Shown piece after piece: positions 27,031 through 40,492 of a stretch of 64,000 bases of DNA. The stretch comes from Octopus vulgaris (taxonomy: Eukaryota). The position numbers and the translations under genes are program-made. The stretch spans positions 7,998,001-8,062,000 of the forward strand of contig OX597828.1 of assembly GCA_951406725.2 (NCBI GenBank), given 5' to 3'. Position 1 is the first letter of the stretch. Each line of letters starts with the position of its first letter. The notes under the pieces are model-generated. The model had not been told where the DNA came from. It saw only the letters and a program-made list of their open reading frames with translations, and ran no database searches.

Positions 27031-27082
27031 TACACACACATACGTACATACACACACACACACACACGCACATATATACATA

Positions 27083-29531
27083 CAGCGGTTGGACAAAACA
27101 ATGGGAACACCTATCATCATAATATCATAATTTTGAAATACCTATAAAACCGTCAAAAGTTTGTTTATTTTTATGTTTTTTATTTATTATTAATGTTGCT
27201 TAATATGTTTTGCTAAAATTACTGTTTCTTTTCAGATATCATCAGAAAAAGCTAATTAAAATTCATATCTTGTTATAATAATCATGGCTAAGATCTGAAG
27301 GAGGTGCAACAAGTATCTTAGCCTTGATACCTAAAACTCACGGAAGAGCTAAAAGAAATAAAGGGGATTCCCATCTTCTCACAGAAACACACATCCACAG
27401 ACAGTTTCCGAGTATGATGCGGAGTGAACACAGATCTGTTGTTTGCAACAGCGTCAAAACGAGGGAACCAGAGAGAAGAGAGCTTCATTTGATCCAATGT
27501 GTTCAACAAAGACAGATGACGAGATGGGAAGAACAAGATGTTGAGAAGAAAATAAGCTGGGATGAGATATGGAAACGGACCATATCTCGGCTGAGTGTTT
27601 TGATTCGTTCATCCTATGATGTTTTGCCATCAGCTGCAAATCTAGTAAGATGGAACGTCTCAGAGAATGACATATTCTTTCCAACTGTTCCTTAGCATTG
27701 AACAGGTATACATGGAGACACAACCTGGTCCTTAAATTTATTTTCAATGCTATAAAGAACCAAATTGAACTCAATAACAGTGAGAAGAAACCGTTGAAAG
27801 TAGCAACTAGAGATTTCATTACCTTCGTACGCTCAGGTCACCGGATCCATTTCAAGAAGGACAAGAAACTTCCCGTGAGAGATGAAAAGAGGAACGGCTA
27901 TTGGAAGGTTACTGCAAATTTACCAGGGTGCCGGGGACTCTTTCCCATCCCAGTTACGAAAAAACTGGACATTTTAATGTGGTGTGAAGGAAAGAAAGTT
28001 GTAAATCTAGTTGAGTTAACGGTTCCTCATGAAGATAGCATGGACACCGCTCGGGCTCGAAATATTGACCGTTATGTAAACCTCCTCAAGGAATATGAAG
28101 ACGCAGACTGGAAAGCGGAGCATTTTCCAATCGAAGTCGGATGTAGAGGGTTTATTCGACTCAGTGTGAGATGACTGTTGTTATTGTTAGGCCTAACACA
28201 TCGTAAGGTAAATAAAACCATGAACGATATCCGACCTACAGTGGAGAAGGTTAGCCAATGGATTTGGTTAAAAAGAGACGATGGGCAATGTCTAGCGAAA
28301 TATTGAGCTATATTTAACAACTAGTTAATCTAGCAAGCGGGGCCTCATATCAGTGAGGGGGGCCAGTGCGCAATGATGCCGTCGAGAAGTAGGCCCCGAA
28401 ACACCGTGCATTCTTTTCTGATGACCCCATACACTTGCTGGCTTCCGGTATACGGAGTTCTCGACTGGTCGCACTTGTATTGCAATTGTTTGCAAGACAC
28501 AAAATGACAGATCTATCGGACTTTCAAAGATGTCAAATTGTTGGTGCTCATTTAGCAGGCGCTAGCGTAACGAAAACAGCTGAAATGTTTGGTGTATGAA
28601 GAAGTACTGTCTCGAAAGTAATGACAGCCTTTGAGAAAGAAGGAAAAACGACCTCATCGAAAGAAAACTCAGAAAGAAAGCCAAAAATTTCAGATAGGGA
28701 CAGTCGGACTCTTACACGAATTGTACAGCTCCCAAAATTACTGTAGAGATTAATGACCACCTCGAAACTGTTCCCCGGAAGCTGCACAAAGCCAGATTTC
28801 ACGGAAGGGCTGCAATAAGAAACCCACTACTTCCAAAAGCAAACGTTGCAAAGCGTTTAGACCTACAGAATTGGTCCCTAGAGTAGTGGAAGAATGTTAT
28901 TTTCTCGGACGAGTCATCTTTTGCCTTATATTCGAACAACGGCCGAGTATAGGTGTGGAGCCAGCTAAAAGAAGCATTGATCCAGACTGCCTTCTTCCAG
29001 TTTTTAAACATTGAGGAGGATCTATGATGATCTGGGGGACTATATCTTGGAAATCCGCCAGCCCAATGGTTTCCCTTCATAGCCGAATCAATACTCAAGA
29101 CTATTTAAGCATTTTATCTGATGAAATTCATCCTATTATTGCGGAACTGTTTCCGGAGGGAGACGCAATCTTTCAGGATGATAATGCACCAATTCACACA
29201 GCTAAAGTTGTTATTGAATGGCACGAAGAACATTCTATTGAAGTTGTATATCTTATCTGGCCGACACAGGCCCCAAATCTCAATATTATTGAACATTTAT
29301 GGTGCATTTTAGAAAAACAAGTAAGGTGTCCATCTCCTCCACCATCATCACTACAAGAACTGGAGACGGTTTTAGCTTAAGAATGGACAAAATTCCTTGG
29401 GAAACAAACTTTGTACGAGTGGATACCTCGTAGATCTTAAGCTGTAATTACCGTCATAAGCAGTCCTACCCCATATTAAAATAAATTTGTTTGAAATTTT
29501 AAGGTGCTTTAATTATTTTGTCCACCCCCTA
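27083..29531 (+). mobile_element. Tc1-family transposon (degenerate transposase ~28504-29478) carrying a nested retroelement
   Basis: TIRs CAGCGGTTGGACAAAA and TTTTGTCCACCCCCT with TA flanks; MTDLSDFQRCQIVGA, VIFSDESSF, MIWGTISW, FQDDNAPIH, WPTQAPNLNIIEHLW. Confidence 0.9.
27272..28430 (+). mobile_element. Non-LTR retrotransposon 3' fragment with restriction-like endonuclease (HERO/NeSL-like)
   Basis: YDVLPSAANLVRW, RYTWRHNLVL, LDILMW..VELTVPHED, FPIEVGCRGF. Confidence 0.85.
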
Positions 29532-30095
29532 TATATATATACAATTTTATATCATATTACATATTTTCATAGATGTACATGTTCTTTAGTAACCTGAATG
29601 AGGATATATTTTGTAGTTAATTCCATAATACTTGTGTATGCGTGCGTGCGCGCGCGTGCGTTTGCATGCATGTGTGTGTATGTGTATGCATGCTTGCGTG
29701 TATGCATCTGCATGAATACATAATACCCAGCATACACCGTGTCTTTGTTTTTTGTTTTTTGACCCATCACAAAATTATAAACGATCAGCACACTCATTAA
29801 CATACGAACGTTATTATAATTTCACAAAAACACGTTGCTTATTTGGTTCATAGCATTTCTTCCGAACTTCTAAAAGTCTAACTTTTCACTCCTCTCTAAA
29901 AAAAATATTTTATTGTTGTTGATGAATTTTTTTTTTTTTTAGTAAGAGGTCACTACTGATCGAGCATATCTAAGATCAAAGATGTTGCTGCTTTGATCAT
30001 AGGGATATTTGCGTGTGAGTGTGCTTGTGTATGTGTGTATGCATAACTACATTTTTCAATGTGCATTTGTTGTTCATGATTGTAATGCGTGATTT

Positions 30096-30132
<37 letters not shown>

Positions 30133-31479
30133 TTGGTTTCTATTTCTAGCACACTGAGCAACCACGTTGACACTGCTTTCAGTTGACTCATAAAAAGATT
30201 ATTGGATACAGTGGCTGATTATTTTTACAGTGAAACTATATAATTAACGTTGTCTAAGTGCGACCGTTTCATCTCTTCCCAATCATTCTTTTAATTATTA
30301 CCTCCTTCTCTCTGCTTTCTCTCTCTCTCTCTCTCTCACATCACATATATATATTTATGTGTATGTGTGTGTGGATGTATGTCTATGCATGTATGTATAT
30401 GTTTATATGATTGCTTGATGTGCCTAAATTATTGATTAACAATCTATGTACATGCTTGCTTAAGCTTCTGCTTCGAATTCTATTGTACTGGAAGCCACTG
30501 ATAGCTGCTTATCAGTGTGTCGATAGGTTATCGTGTCATCAGCAGTGGTCTGTATTTATGTCGAATGCCCGCATTTCCAATAGTATAATCCAAAAATCTG
30601 ACTAGTAGATGCAGCGATGAGGGATTTATTAGATTGCAAATTTGAAGTACAATTCTTCTGGGAAACGATTCCTTTCGGGCACGGATCGGATCCAATTAGA
30701 CGCTTTGGCATTGGCCGAGTGATTCATCCAAGCATTGGTTTCATCAACAACCTAATATATTGGCCATGTGATTAACAGAAGTTTGTCCCCGCCAGGTTTT
30801 AGTATATTGACTTTATGACAGATCAGAAAATATTGTACTCCCTGAACTTAATACTTATATTTCGTTAATCATCATATACGGTTTTCACAATGCTCTATTA
30901 ACTTCTAGAAGTAGTCCAAAATAGCCTCTCAGAATCCTTATCCATTGAAATCGAAACCGGAATGCACTTAATAGACTGACCTTGTCTCCAAGTTGTTCGT
31001 AACATATTCACCTAGGGACAATTGCTGAAGATGATGTTAAACGAAGAAGTTAATAAATTTTAGATTTCACTACTCCAATCAGTGTGTGTGAGTTTATATC
31101 ATTTCGGTTTTATTTTTTGCCGATGGACATCATCCCAAACTTCTTCATATCCTAACGATTAACTTTTGGTAACGCCACCCTTTACTCCGCATTCTATCCT
31201 TCTAATCATGTCTTTCGTTGTAATTCATACGTCACGCTGTCTCTTCAAACAATTCTTTCATCACACACATACCTCAATACCAAGCTTCTAGACCTCTCCA
31301 CATATAGAGAGAAAGGAAAGCAATATGTAAGTGACTGAAACAATGAGTGTGTATGTGCTTGTGCATTTGAGTGTGTGTGCATGTGTGTGTGTGAGTGCGT
31401 ATGTATGTGTGTATGTGTCTATGTGTGAATGTAAAAAGATGAGAGATGGGAAGAATGTGCAAAAGAATAATTTTAAAGG

Positions 31480-31516
<37 letters not shown>

Positions 31517-31586
31517 TGGAAAAAAGTGTACAGAACTGTGTATAAGATAGCTAGCTTCCAAGACAGACAGACAGACAGATAGATAA

Positions 31587-31651
<65 letters not shown>

Positions 31652-31688
31652 CAAACATATACAGAGAGACAGAGAGTGAGACAGAGAA

Positions 31689-31730
<42 letters not shown>

Positions 31731-32087
31731 AGTGAAGAAGGAGTGGCATTACGAAATGGAACATCACGAAAAAGAGAAAGAGGAAAAGTAACAAAAAGGC
31801 GAAGAGTAAGAGAGTTGGAAATTAAATCGAATGTGGAAGGGTAGGAAAAATAATAAAAAAATTCTCGTAAACGTCATATATGTTCTTCAATTTAGCCAAA
31901 AGCAATTATTTTATTATTATGTTTTTAGTAAACAGCATAACAAATACAAGTTCTCTTTTGATAACGTTGAGTAAGAAATTCATGATTTCTTTAGTCATTT
32001 TATGACCAAAATAATCAAAGCACAATGGTCTAAACGCACACAGACACGCACACACATATATTGCTATTGGTATCACCTGATTCGCTA

Positions 32088-32797
32088 TTGATTCCAAATT
32101 TTGGCCCTAGGCCAGCAATTCAGGGAGAAGAGGTTAGTCGGTTACATCGACCCCCAGTATTCGACTAATAGATGAAAGGCAAAGTGAACCTCGGCAGAAT
32201 TTGAACTCAGAACGCAAAGACGGACGAAATGCCGCTCAACACTCTGCTCGAAGTGTTGTGCTAGCTCGCCGCCTTATACCTGGATCGATCCCAAAATCTA
32301 ATCAGGTCGTGCCAGTCACGAGGCCAGACATTCCTGAAAGTTTCATCCAAATCCATCAAGAGGTTCTTGAGATATCTTGTCCATGGACAAACAAACAGAC
32401 AGACACGACTGAAAACAATACCTCCACGTTCGATAAGGCGGAGGTAATAATCATAATAATAATACTTTCTGTTATAGGCACAAGGACTACAGTTTAGTGA
32501 AGGGGTAATTTGAATACATCGATCCCATACTTTATTCTTGTTTGTTTTATTAACCCTTCTCCCATAAAGACGAAAGGCAAAGACAGACGAAGCAAAATTT
32601 GTATTCAGAGCATAATGACGGACGAAATATTGCTAAGCATTTTTCCTGGCGTGCTGACTGGTACTTCATTTATCGACCCAAAAGGATGAAAGACAAAGTC
32701 GACTTCGGTCAAATTTGAACTCAGAACGTAAGGACAGACGAAACACCGGTTAGCATTTTGTTCAGCGCGTTAAGGTTTCTGCCAGTTCACCGCCTTT
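32088..32797 (-). mobile_element. Cluster of three diverged SINE B copies
   Basis: AATTTGAACTCAGAAC-type and ATCGACCC motifs at ~32200, ~32600 and ~32715. Confidence 0.7.
32280..32447 (+). mobile_element. Helentron-associated (HINE/DINE-like) element 3' part
   Basis: AAGTTTCATCCAAATCCATC..ACAAACAAACAGACAGACA..TACCTCC[hairpin]GGAGGTA followed by an AT-rich flank. Confidence 0.55.
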
Positions 32798-32802
32798 GAT
32801 AA

Positions 32803-32803
32803 C

Positions 32804-32834
<31 letters not shown>

Positions 32835-32862
32835 TTAATAATAATAATAGTTTATAATGATG

Positions 32863-32931
<69 letters not shown>

Positions 32932-32960
32932 TTATAATAATAATAGTTTATAATGATGGT
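32803..32960. repeat. (AAT)n microsatellite
   Basis: Direct reading. Confidence 0.95.
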
Positions 32961-33129
32961 CTCTAATTATGGCACAAGGCCAGCATGTTTGAGGAAAGGT
33001 GCTTAGTTTATACTAGTGCTACTTTGGTAGTTTTGTTTATTGACCTCCGAAAGGACAACTTCCGGTGGGTTTGAACTTCGAAATTAAAGACAAAGGGAAA
33101 AGATGATATGACCCTAGACGAAATGCTAA

Positions 33130-33700
33130 AGTGAGTACGTAAGCGATTTAATGCCGTTCAGTCGAGTGATCCGTTTCTGGATGCTGACAGAATGTCTGTA
33201 TGCGTAGTAGCAGCACTGTAACACAAGCTGGAGTAAAGTTCCATTTGTAGGTCTAACTTGAGTTTTGTGGAGTGCGAATACTCATAGGGAGCTGAAATAT
33301 ATTTTGACCCTGAAAACAAGGGGCAGACTTCGAGATGACTTACCTGCTATATAAAGGATGTTCTTTTGCCAGGTGAGATTTTCGGTGAAAGTAAAGTCTA
33401 GTATTTTGTTGTTTTTGCTATGGTGATATCAACAGTGATTTTGTCTTTTTGCTGTTAAAAGAGATAAGAAAGGTACACCTCCGCAAGGGGTTGCTCGTGA
33501 GGTATTCTATTCTGCTGTAGATCTGGCGTAGGGTGTTTATGTTGCGAATAAATGTAAATGGATATGGTCGGCAAGGAAGGATAAAAATATCATATAATCC
33601 GTATGGGTGATCGTTGTGGGATGTGGCACTCATTGATGTACAGAAAGAACAGAGTGGAGGGAAAACTGAACCTTGTGGCATACGAGATATCATTTGTAAT
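33130..33700 (-). mobile_element. Old CR1/L2/Jockey-group RT fragment
   Basis: MPQGSV..PL and ISFNSKKTKSLLIS remnants. Confidence 0.55.
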
Positions 33701-34079
33701 AGGGAAAAAAAGTTTCATTCTCACAACTCCAAAATATATTACAAATAAAACACCAGTATTATCCAGTGAAAGGGACGCCATCTTATCTAACGGGAGCTCA
33801 CAAATTTTGCAACAAAGATTATAAAGCAAATAATAATAGAAGAATGGCTAAAGAAAAGGTACGTGAAACTACAGATCAAAAATTAACTAACACAAGAAAA
33901 TAACAAACAAAAACTACTAATGCAAGGTTACTTCAAATCTTCAAACAGGAAGGAAGAAAAGCCAGTAAGGTTCTTTTGTAGTTGAAAAGAACCAGAATAG
34001 CTAGGTAGGCTACTTCAAACACAAAATGGCATAAGAAAATTGATGAATTTGAAGAAACAAACATGTATAGAAGCTATTT

Positions 34080-34930
34080 TGGAAATAAAGAAAGCTTAAG
34101 GTTCTAAATGTGCTGTAAAGATGTAAGTAAAGGAAAGGATTTCATTCAACCCAAAACAAATCCTAAGCTTAATATATTTTGTGATAATGGACTGATGGTA
34201 CTACCATCTATTCCCGATCCACCTATAGACTTGAAAGAACTTTTACCTTTAACTAATGTAAAGGATATCAACTTCAGATCAAAGATTAAAGCTTGTAACT
34301 CGGCTTTAGCTTTTACAACGTCAGAAGAGGCACTAAAAGAGGACAATTCAAATAGAAATGGTGTGTATACTCATAAAATGCATGGTCGACTGTTTCATCG
34401 ATTTACTTCAAATTTAATTTTCTCTGAAAATCAACAACCGCGATCTTCTCAAATATACATTTATGATACACCATATCAAATGGATCGAAAGATGCAAACA
34501 GTAAACACAGCCGACAGAACTGTCATGGGATCACTTCAAGCAATGATATTCTGATGTAATCAGATTGCCACTCTATTTCATGATGATAGCAAAGAATGTT
34601 TGGCTTCTGTTAGTATTCAATAATTTTCAGTGGTTATTCCTGAAAATAAAGAAGCTTCTACATTTGATATCAAAAGATACAATCGGCCCATTGCATAGGT
34701 TATGGTCATTATGTTAGATACTAGCTTGGAAACCTTACAATCGGAACGACTCGTAATCTGTAAAAGAGGTGTCTTAGAAAATGCATCACCTCAAAACAAC
34801 CAAGTTATGACCCGATACACTTTCCATTGCTACTCTCATTTAGTTATCGAAAATGGAAAGTTGACTTAGTATGTGACGAATTGAGACAAACTAAGAAACG
34901 TACATAAATGGATTCTTATAAACTAGCAGT
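34080..34930 (+). pseudogene. Helitron Rep N-terminal fragment, degenerate
   Basis: MCC..LPSIPDPP.DLKELL..FRSKIKACNSALAFT..YTHKMHGRLFHR..QIYIYDT; YDPIHFPLL near 34806. Confidence 0.8.
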
Positions 34931-36874
34931 ATCCGTGGAAATTCAGTGGTCATTTCGATAACTGTAAGATTATTGGAAGTCTATAGAAAACCATGAAATA
35001 TACTTTTCATATATTGTCAGCAGCACCTGTGTTGAGGTCGACATGTGTTTATTCGAATTTTATCGTATCCTACGGTACTGTCTAATATGAATACAAACAA
35101 GAAATGTGTTACCATTTCATATGTATTTGAGGCATATTCGGACCTGTAACGATGCCATTCACTGAATTCTGTAATAATAAAATATTTTCACTGTAGACAA
35201 AAGGTGTAAAATCCATCCTTATCGATGGATGCATGTATTTCGAAGCAATTATCTTCTAATAACCTTCGAACACTGGAGAGAGATGCCACTATGAACCGAC
35301 CACGAGTCTAGATCTCTCTTGTATTAAAGTCCAATGAAAATAGCGGTTGATAGATATCATTTAAAGAATAGAATCTTCTATCTGAAAATTTAGAACTTTT
35401 TAAATGATGTAGCGAAAAAGGAGATTTTTGTTTAAGTTACATTGAGTCATATGAAAAAGAACTATAATGGTTCATACACCGATGAATACAACAGATCTGT
35501 ATCACCAGAGATATCGAACCCAGAAACGCAAACGAAACTAAGATTATAACTGAACGTACGTGACATGATCTGCATGCTTGGTCGTAAATCTCGGAAACAA
35601 TATCGCCGTAAAAGTTTCAGAGAAACTACAGTCGACAATGCTAATTTATCCATATTGGGATGAGATAATTGATCAAAATTCAAGATTCAAACGCACGTTT
35701 TCAGCATTTCGGTGTTTACGGTGATCATTGTAATTAAAAATTACATACAGTAAAGCATATAAATAAATATTTTCATAATAATTTTGGTCAGGTAATAGAG
35801 ACGTTCATAGAAAAGAATACGGCCCTAGTTAAACAGGTGGAATCTATAGTGTAGATGATAGCTCTCTTTTAACATCATAAGCGTTTTGGACAATGTTGGG
35901 ATTAAACTCCATAGTTAACATCCACCTGTCTAATTTTAATTTATATGAAAATTAATCATAAATCAATTTCCTCTTCTAAACACGTATATTTGCTGTTCTA
36001 ATTTTCTGGAGAATTCTGTATGAGATATAAGTTAGAAAATGTGGAATAAGAGGAAAGCTAGCATCCACTACATTTGAGCTATATTTTGTTTCTGCAAAAG
36101 ATAAGGAGCGTTTCTATGTAAGAAATATATGGAATCACATTGCAGAAGTTACATATGCGAATCATGATAGTGCAGTTTGTGTCTTCCAAGAAGTTGCGAT
36201 CGAAATGGATTTTGTACAGCATGGTATCAGGCAATACAGTATTCAATTGTTTGTACACGACAACATCAACTAAGTAGACTTTTATCTTCATTTGTACTTT
36301 GCTATAATTTGAAGAACTTGAGAAATTATTTAATGCATTCGAAAAAAGAACATTCGGACGATTAAATGAATCTGTTAAGGATAACTGAAATCACTGATTT
36401 TGTACAAGATATTATGCGATTGCACGGCTTATTTTATGAGAAAATGATTCCATTTTGTATAATTATGCATATAATTATCTATTACAACGCCTAACTTGCC
36501 TAATGTGAGCAATGGCACAGAAAATAGATTTGTTCTTCAATATTTTCTAAGTTGTAAAGCGAATGAAAAAAATGTACTGTTTTAATTAACTTTTTTAAAA
36601 TAAAACTGTAGTCAAATGGAATATATGTTAACAGACAGTTCTTAAGGCATAAGTAGATGTATTAGCAAAACTTTTGCCTTTTTGCATTGACAGATCTGGA
36701 GGGTACAGGGAATTTTTCTTTATATTGTCATTCTAAAATATGTTCGCACCGATAGAAACATAGTAACAGAATGCATCTCATCTGCTGTCATTAAGTTTGC
36801 TATCTTCATTAGAGGGGAAAACCATTCAATTCAGTTAATGGTGTGACTGTAATATCTCAGTAGACAAGCACAGT

Positions 36875-37169
36875 TGTTTTTTCCTTCTCGAGCCATGCGT
36901 GGCTCATAAGGGCCGGTTTCCCGGTTTCTTGTCGTATAAGTTCCCCACCTGGGTGGGATGCCAGTCCGTCACAGGTGTGCTGCAAGATGCAGGAGGAAAG
37001 AGTGAGAGAAAGTTGTGGCGAAAGAGTCAGCAAAAGGTTCGCCATTACCTTCTGCCGGAGCCGCGTGGTGTTTCGCTCATAAACACACACGCAGCCCAGT
37101 CTGAAATTTGAACCCGCAATTCCTCGACCGCGTGTCTGCTACTCTAACCACTAGGCCATGTGCCTCCAC
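36875..37169 (-). mobile_element. SINE family D with 13-bp TSD
   Basis: Reverse complement of the D head; AGACAAGCACAGT at 36862-36874 and AGACAGGCACAGT at 37170-37182. Confidence 0.88.
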
Positions 37170-38644
37170 AGACAGGCACAGTCTGTTTCTTTGAGTGCAG
37201 ACTGTGGTCAGGTTTTTGTGAAAGACTAGCAAACAAGTCTGACCTCTTCACGCAATTGATACTACCCAGGGTAAAGGTTCTGCTTTATTGCTCCTACAAC
37301 TTAGCACCACTGTCGCAGTAGACATTACTGACATAACGTTAAGCGCCATCACAATGCAACTTGTCCAATACTTTGATAGTTTCATTAATCCACATTTCTG
37401 GATTGCTACATTTTTAAATATTGAATGTATGAAAGACGAGTTGTTCTCGGTGACATTTGAACATTGTTCATAGAGAGCTGGAACTAATACCGGGCTGTAT
37501 TTTATCCAACTCTCATTATAGATAGAAAAGCTGGTTATAGTATTAAAACTGTTATTAATTTTAGGCATGAGCTACCTATGTGTCATAGTTTCATTCTTGA
37601 AGTATTGGTCAGAGCGTTAAGAAATCTTTTGAAATATGGAGATCTCCGTGTTGAACACGTTTCTTTTGGAAGAGAAGTTTTGGATTTTGGTGGTTAGAAA
37701 AGTCTTTGCAGTAAATCAAACGTAGCAGTAGAACAAAGATTATCAAAGGCAATTTTAATAAATCAGCTTAATGGAGATATTAAAAAAAAACAAAACAACG
37801 GAAAACATTTGACCTGAAAATTATGGCCTGAACAATTCAGAGGAGCAAAATCAGCAATTAGGAAATCAAGAACTCCGAGGAGAAAGTGGCGCGAGACCTG
37901 GAGAAAGGAATAAAGAAATTTAATTCCTAGAAGCATGCTACATTGTTGCTGAGCTATCGGACCTCATCTCCTCAGTTTTTAATATAGATTTCATACAGAA
38001 ATGCTTTTGTGTAGACTGGAAATAATTTTAGTTTCAAATTTTGTTCATGGGGAGATATCGAACCAATTTCTAGGAGGTAGAACAATATTGTTTCGGTATG
38101 ATAAACTTTCAGATCAAGCTGACCCTTTCCGATTTGCAACAGAATATTTAAATACCCTAAATGTATCAGCTTCCTATTATACAGATGTAAATTAAAGAAT
38201 AATGCATTAATAATCCAACTACGGACAATTGACCAAGTAAATGAGATGTATACCGGTGTCCGTATATCTATTCAAGACACTGAAACAGAAATCATTAAAA
38301 CCGAAATTATAACTCAGGGTCATCATCATTAGTAAATGTATTTATTCAGCGAGGCATTGTTTTTCTGGAGGTGACAGCTTCCTATTCACATTAATAAGAA
38401 ATGTTTCCACTTAAATTAGCAATGGAAATTACAAATATATGATGAGGACAAATTGAAAATTGAATTAGATTAACAATTGTCTCATATATTAAAATATATG
38501 ACTTCCCTGGAGTGTCGGAAGGGAGCAAGATTATATATATTCTTATTAGTGCAAAATATAAAAACATTATTCACGAAACAACTTAAATAAAGGGATAGTT
38601 TAGATGTATATTTATAGTTTTTAATATCTTTAGAGGTGAAATTG

Positions 38645-39072
38645 TAGCGGGCTGGCAGGTTCGTTACCGCGCCGAGCAAAGGGCTTGGCGGTTTCTCATC
38701 TGTCTTTTACCTTCTGCGTTCAAATTTCGCGGAAGTGGACTTTACCGTACATCATTTAGAAGTCGATAAAATAAATACAGGTGAACACTGGAGACAATGT
38801 AATCGACTTACTTCCTTCACCGAAATTGCTGGCCTTGTGTCATCATTTGTAGCCAATAGGGCGGTGAGCTAGCAGAATCATTACAGTGCCGGGCATAACG
38901 CCTAGCAGTATTTCGTCTGTCTTTATGTTCTGAGTTCAAATTCCGCCGAGATGAACTTTGCCTTTCATTCTTTCAGGGTCAATAAAATAAACAGTAGTCT
39001 CGTGCTAGTGTCGATGTAATCGTCTCACCTCTTCCCTCAAAATCTCTGGCCTTGTGTCAAAATTTGAAACCG
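38645..39072 (+). mobile_element. Two head-to-tail SINE B copies
   Basis: GCTGGCAG/GCTAGCAG heads at ~38651 and ~38868; both end GGCCTTGTGTCA. Confidence 0.75.
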
Positions 39073-39455
39073 ACATTCTTAGATGTAGGAGATTAACAAA
39101 TAATTTTGTATAAATACTAAATGAATTATTTTAAAAGTAAGATAGAACTTTTACGATAACACGATAGATCTAGCGCACATGCGTATACACGTATGTGTGT
39201 GCATGTGTGTGTGAATGTGTGTGAGTGTGTGTGTATGTGTGTGCATGGCTTTATTATTCTCATTTTATCCATTATGCTTCGATCAGTCCATCAATCCATC
39301 AATCGATCCACTTATCCATCTGTATATTCCTCTCTTTTACTCTCTCATTTTAAACACTATTTTCCCATATTATTTCTTTTCTCTTCGATTCTCGTTTGCC
39401 AATTCTAGTCGCATATCGTACACATGCACACAAACACGTACGCACTCTCAAACAA

Positions 39456-39505
<50 letters not shown>

Positions 39506-39942
39506 GCGCAAGCAAACAAAACCCACGCATGAATATTTACGACTATTCAAACATAGATATACACACGTACATAGCCGCATACATGATTCCTACTGTCACA
39601 CCACGCATACATGCATACACATATACCGCTAACACAACAACATATTTTAAACATATGCTCCCGGCTTTAGTATCACACTTGTTTCCATAATAAACGCTAG
39701 TGTTCGTTTTATTCATAACCCTATTCAAGAATACTCTTTATTCGCTCCCAAATCTCTCACGGCAACACACATGCCATTAAACATATACTTCACTGAAGGC
39801 TTTCTATTTTTTCCAGCTTCCATTTATAAAACTCTCAATGAAATTAACTCCTCCATTCTTGTCACCGCCGTACATCTACCACTTCCATTAGATTCCGTTA
39901 TTTAGCCGCCATCTTCGTTACCGTTATCACCTTTTCTACTCA

Positions 39943-39980
39943 TTGTTGTTGCTGTTGCTACCACTGTTGTTGTTTTGTTG

Positions 39981-40011
<31 letters not shown>

Positions 40012-40176
40012 TCTTGCAGGTTTTGTTTTTGTTGTTGCACGTCTCTTCGTTGGTGATGACAGCGAAGAAGTTATGTTATCGCAACCATGGTCATCGTTGT
40101 TGCTGCTATTATTGTTGGTAGTTTGGAGGGCAAAGCCAGCGTTGGTGATTTTATTGTACTAGTTGTTGCTGTTGCT

Positions 40177-40217
<41 letters not shown>

Positions 40218-40492
40218 AGTGGTGGTGGTGATGATGCTGGTTGTGATAATATTAATTTCTGTTGTTAATGTTGTTTTCAGAATCGTGCTAGTTTTGTTGA
40301 AGATGCTGTTATTGTTGTTGCCGCTGCTGATAATTTTATGGTTGTTTTTATTAATACAAATGGTTTTGTTGTTGTTATTGTCGTCACCTTTATAGCACTC
40401 ACCGTTGTTTTTGTTATTGTTGTTGTCAGTGATGATGGTGGTGGTGGTGGCTTTTGTTGTTATTTTGTTGTTTTGTGGCCTTATTATTATTT
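39943..40492. repeat. Degenerate trinucleotide region (GTT/GCT/GGT/ATT)
   Basis: Direct reading. Confidence 0.85.

Noticed and set aside
26509-27120. 203-aa minus ORF and 92-aa plus ORF
   Set aside because: Alternative frames over the GC-rich RTE fragment and flanking microsatellites
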